Positions 59,201-64,000 of a stretch of DNA of 64,000 bases are shown here, in pieces (positions within the stretch are counted from its first letter, which is position 1; each line of letters opens with the position of its first letter). The stretch comes from Yuukianura sp. NJ FZ-2021 (taxonomy: Eukaryota): positions 12,338,001-12,402,000 of the forward strand of contig CM102285.1 in assembly GCA_046563655.1 (NCBI GenBank), in the 5' to 3' direction. Position numbers and translations under genes: made by a program. The notes under the pieces are model-generated. The model worked only from the letters and a program-made list of their open reading frames with translations. It did not search any database and was not told where the DNA came from.

Positions 59201-62200
59201 GTGAAATCTTCGGAGAATTCAACCCGGGTAGAAGTTGTAATTCGAAGAGTTCAAAATATTGGAAAATTTGAAATAAAAATGCCGGATAAGTTTCAGAAAA
59301 TTAAAACATGAAATTCGAGTATTTTTTTTTGCTTGCTGAAGTTTGACACCGACAGAAATTTTTCTTGTCTAAATTATGATTTTTGATTAACTCAATTTTC
59401 CTTTAAATTGCGACTGGCTTTAAGTCACTGCAAGTTTTGAAAGTTTTCAAAATTCAAAATTTTGTGTAAAAATAAAGTAACGCTTGGTATGAAACGTGTT
59501 TAAAACTAATGAGTGTGTTGAGATGACCTTAATTTTTGGAAATTTCGAGTTCCTTGAGTCTCAGTTTTGTTGGTTCTGCCTCTGCGTTGAATCAAATCAA
59601 GTAAACTTCTAGCGACATCGCACTTTCAAGTTGCAAGAAAGTTTCTAAAATTGAAGTTTCTTGAGTACTTACAGCTAAGGCTAGTTGTTATTTTTAGATA
59701 GACTAAAAGGACTATAAAAAGTTTGGTTCCTAATATTTTTAGTGTTGGATGTTCCATTTGGATGACCACCAACTTTCGGTTGGTCCAACAAATTCCCAAG
59801 GGACATAAACCCTACCTTTGTTTCTCAAACCCAAAGCATAAAGTTTGTCCTCCTTTCTCTATCATTTCTCACAACCAAACCACTTACAAAAGTCCCACTA
59901 GAGTTGAAGCGACGTAAGGTTCCTGTTCAAATAAAATGTCATCGTGCTTTTCCAACACTTGAAACAAGGGAGCAGCTTCACCTTTCACTACCTAACCCGC
60001 AATTCCAAGATCCGAAGGCATTTACATATTGTTAAGAGTTGAAATTTACGAGTAGTGACAGGGCTCATACAGCCCTGCTGTGTCCCTGTCACATGAATCA
60101 TGGAATGTTCATGCTTCTGGGTCCACACGAGTCCCTTGGGAAAGTCAAGGTGGTGTAGGGTAACGGTGGTAAAATCCAATCCACTTCTAATCCAGAATCC
60201 ACAATCCACAGGGAAAGTGTTAGGGTTGTGGAGCATCACTCATATTAGTCAAGCCTGGAGAGCTACCTTCAGTGGAAACAGAAATTGAAGGAGGAAAAGG
60301 CGGTGAAGCGGATTAAAAAAAAGTCCAACTTTCTCTTGTTTCGAACAGCCATAACTTTTAATAAGGATTTTGCTATTGGATACGCCCGGATTTCAAGTCT
60401 TTTGAAGAAAAGGATACTCGAAATGGAACACGATATTTAGAAAGCTACTTTCACCACTTTACTCAAAATTCTACAACATTTGACATGAAAAGGTTCCAAT
60501 GTTTTTTGCTATTAATTTCACAAGCAAATTTTGTTGACTTGTTTTTGTCATCTTATTTGTTGTTTTATGATTTTCGAATGGATTCACATTTGAAAAAAAT
60601 CCTGAAATTGCTTGCAACATATTGGATTTAGTGTTAGGGTGAAAGGTCAGGGCACAAAAGAAAACTACTTAGAGCAGACTAATAAAAACCTGAAGAATTG
60701 GAGTTTGAAGAATGGGCAACGGAACGTGTGGGAGAGCTTAGCGTGAATTCAAGTGGGAGAAAGTGTGGACTTGTGTCTAGAGAACCCAAATTATTTTATT
60801 TTCTTAGCTCTCTGCTCCTAACTTCTAAAAATCTACTACCCTATTTTTTTTCTTCACACTTTCTCTTTTGCCACACTGTCAATAACTTCTCAATGTTTTT
60901 TTAGGTTACGTATCTAACCTAACGATAGTGCTCTAGACGATTCCAGGTTTTGAGAAATGGGTTTTGGGTGAAAGCAGAGAAGCGTCCAGAAGGAGACACT
61001 TGAAGGAATTGAAGTTTCCCACTTTCTCCTTCCAGATGCTGACGTCCATCATCCTTTGCGTTTATGGGCTGGTGGTTTAGGCTTTCCATCTTCCAGGTTT
61101 CCAGGTTTTCTAGAATTTTGCTTCTAGCTTTCCTACTAAGACGAATTTTTATTAACGTCTCTCGTAGACCAACCAACCACGATTCCAACTTTCTCTTTCT
61201 GCAGGATATCAAAAAAGATGGATTCGAAGTGAAAGTGGAAATGAAGGAAAGACGGAATTTGGAAGAAAAAAGAAAGTGGAGTTCCAGAATAAATATTCTC
61301 CTTCTTCTGCAAATAATCTAGTCCAACATGATCCAAAAGGTAAGAAAGTGAGCTTTAGCTGAAGGCGCACAAAGCTCATTCGATTGCGATGGGATAAAGA
61401 ATGAAATGGGCCTTAGAGACGTCGAAATTGCCGCCAAGAAAAGTTTTACTTTACTTTTCGATAATAATGGTTCACTAAAGAAAGCATTCCTTCCGGAAAT
61501 TTTGTCAACTTCAGTGAAAGCTAAGATGCTGCTGGAAGGAATATTCCAGAAAGTGATTTTCGGAAAAGTTCAAAGCTACAAGTATGCATAAAAAATAAAA
61601 ATCGACACTACTCTTATTTTCGATGCGTTTTTTGTGGAGAAAGTTTTGAATTTTTTCCGCCTCCAGTTGAATCATGCTCATAAACAGTACTATAGGAGAA
61701 AGTCTATTAATTTGAAAGTCGTTTCGGCTGATTTATGACTGAAGCGTGACTTTATGGGTCACCCACGAGGAGCAATTTTGATGAGCAAGGACATGAAATT
61801 CTTTTCAAGAATTTTTTTCTTACACCCCTTACGATCTAAATGCTAAAGAGCAAGATGCTGGATGCTTCCGGGCTTAGGTCAGAGGTCACTGACCTACTTT
61901 ATGAAACGTAATGAATAATGCAGCAGAGAGTGAGGCAATAACTGAACATTTGAAGTTGTGTCGGGGAAAGTGAATTGGATGGTCTTCCAACCTGTTGAAC
62001 CCCACAGTCCTAAAAAGTTGGCAGCGATTCAATGAAAGTGTAATGAATAGGGTTGGGGAAAGCTTTTACTACTTGGCTTGACGTTTTGCACTTTCGTATT
62101 TTGAGCTTATTCAGCACATTTCAGGACAAAATGCAACAGGGTTTTGTGCGTTTCCGCTTCACTTTCACTTTACTTTTTAAAAATGTCCAGCGCTCAAGCG

Positions 62201-63337
62201 ATAAACTCAAAAGTCATGTCCTCAGGTCCACAATTTCAAAGTCCAGTAATTAAAATGAACAGTATTATGGAAACAAAACGTGTTTGAAAATGGAGGGTAA
62301 ACACCAACACCGTAAAATATTAACGGTTTCCAACAAAGTAAATAGAATACTGGTCTCCAAATAGGGTTTCCAAAAGTCCTGGAGGAGTGATCAAAATTTT
62401 GGTGAAAGTTTATCCTTTCATGAATAACAAAAGCCTAGAGGGATAGAGGTCATTTTTTATCGCAGCTCCAGTCCATCTGTCTATTCTTCAGAATCAACAG
62501 ACAACCGTGTTCTGGAATGACTTGTTTTTCTGGAAAATTTTGTGTAAACTGATTATCTCTTCACCAGAAGCACGAACTAAACTGGAGCTGGAACGTTACT
62601 GCGGAGAAAGTTTCAATTAGAACAATTGGATTTCGTAGCCTCAGGTTAGACACACTTCTAGTCGGGTTTAATTGGGTCAATCCACTTTACTATAAAAAAA
62701 ATCCAAATTCTGGAAGAGCCAAAGCGATGATTAATAAAGGAAGTCCAAGTTTTTAGAAAATCGCAAAACTAATATCCGTATTTCGAGTGGAAATTTAAAA
62801 AAATTATCAATTTTAGGAAAAGCGCAAAAAAAGTCCGAAAAAAATCCACAATTGTAGTAGAAAATCTAAGAAAGTCGGAAAGTTGGGAGAAAGCTGCAAG
62901 TGTTTCTTGTTTGATTTTGGATTTTGCAGAAAATGTACAAAGCCTTTCATTACGTTGGATAAAAATTGAAGTTGTGTGATCAATAATGCCTTGAAGGGAA
63001 AGCAAAAATTGATTAATAAGAAAGAGCGGAAGCGGAGGGTTTAGCCTAACCCAAAGCAAAATCATTCAACATTGCGCAGAAGTTGGTTGGACTGACCTTT
63101 CTTCCTCAAAAGGTCATCAACAATGATGGCACTGATCGTGAAGATATTTCCCATAGTCGTAAGTGTAGCCACACCAGAAATGAAGACTAGTCGAAAGACT
63201 CTGCCCCAGTCTTGCTCGTAATCATCCGTGACACGGACGTGTTGTCCCTTTTCCCCTGGGTCTCTCCAGCCTTCACTCGTCGCTGGAATCAGTAGAAGCG
63301 ACACCAGCGAAACGACGCTGATTTCCACCCGCACCAT
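56290..63337 (-). CDS. Orphan rhodopsin-like (class A) GPCR, ~498 aa (exons 63337-63097, 57545-56290)
   Basis: Signal-like N-terminus, TM1 GN (TMGNIF), TM2 LADL, Cys at the start of TM3, seven hydrophobic segments and helix 8 NRDFRR. Exons join in frame across a 5.5-kb GT-AG intron. Confidence 0.8.
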
Positions 63338-64000
63338 TCTGGATCAGTGCACTGGACATGGAGAGAGACCCATAAGAACACTAGACTTTGTTCTCCAGTG
63401 TTCTCCAATTGAAATTGGACAAAAGAGCTTCAGCAAAAAACGATTCCAGAAGATCCACTGAGTGCCTGGAACCACGGAACGTGCTTCCAGAATTTCTAGA
63501 TTATTTTTATATCTTCACAAAAATTCATCGCCAAAATGAGCTTTTTTCTCTCGATTGCTCCGGAAGTCGGAATCTTTTATCAAAACCGTGAAAAAATCCG
63601 CCATTGTTTCCGAGTTTCTTCAGTTTCAGAATTTTTCAAATTTCATTTCCATGTGTATCCTGAAATTTAGATAAAATTGAAAATTAGATCACTGGAGCAA
63701 AATTGCATTTTGAGAAGGCCAAATTGAATTGTCTATTGACGAATAGCTTTAGTAGTTCTATAAAAAGGATTTGGAAAGTAGAGCTCGGAAGTTCATGAGA
63801 ACTGGAACAGAACTGTCGTGTCACATTGAATTTAAGCCTGGATTACCTTTCCCTCTCTTTCCCCTTAACGAAAAGCAGCGCTCTTTTTACTTCTGTCCTT
63901 GTTTTCAATTGGACAATTTCTAGGACTTTGACAGAAGGGGATTTGAAAAACCGTGAGACATGGACGAACTTTCTCTATTTCTAGTTTGACCAAACACTGG

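Overview
AT-rich, intron-containing eukaryotic DNA, arthropod-like (short 60-80 nt GT-AG introns, a Tweedle-like cuticle gene, a DUF229 gene). It carries about 16 protein genes: junctophilin (5' part, with an FMN reductase gene nested in intron 1), a Tweedle-like protein, cytochrome b5, MPPE1, PREB/SEC12, NDUFA12, NF-YC, SAC1, NDUFB3, VAP, NAE1, an SLC18B1-like MFS transporter, a DUF229 protein, a DHHC palmitoyltransferase and an orphan GPCR. The main observation is a ~7 kb region between NDUFA12 and NF-YC (25.4-32.4 kb). It holds a tandem array of nine divergent RNase MRP/RNase P-family RNA genes plus one truncated copy, all on the + strand. Each has its own PSE-like element and TATA-like box at near-fixed spacing and an oligo-T terminator. 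The copies keep the P1/P2/P3/P4/P19 fold through compensatory substitutions. They differ from canonical single-copy MRP RNA in four ways: P4 appears to pair away the normally bulged U, the S-domain has a conserved twin T-loop-like internal loop, P19 ranges from 11 to 205 nt, and one copy has lost its whole S-domain. Family assignments come from motif recognition by eye; no database search or folding program was run.
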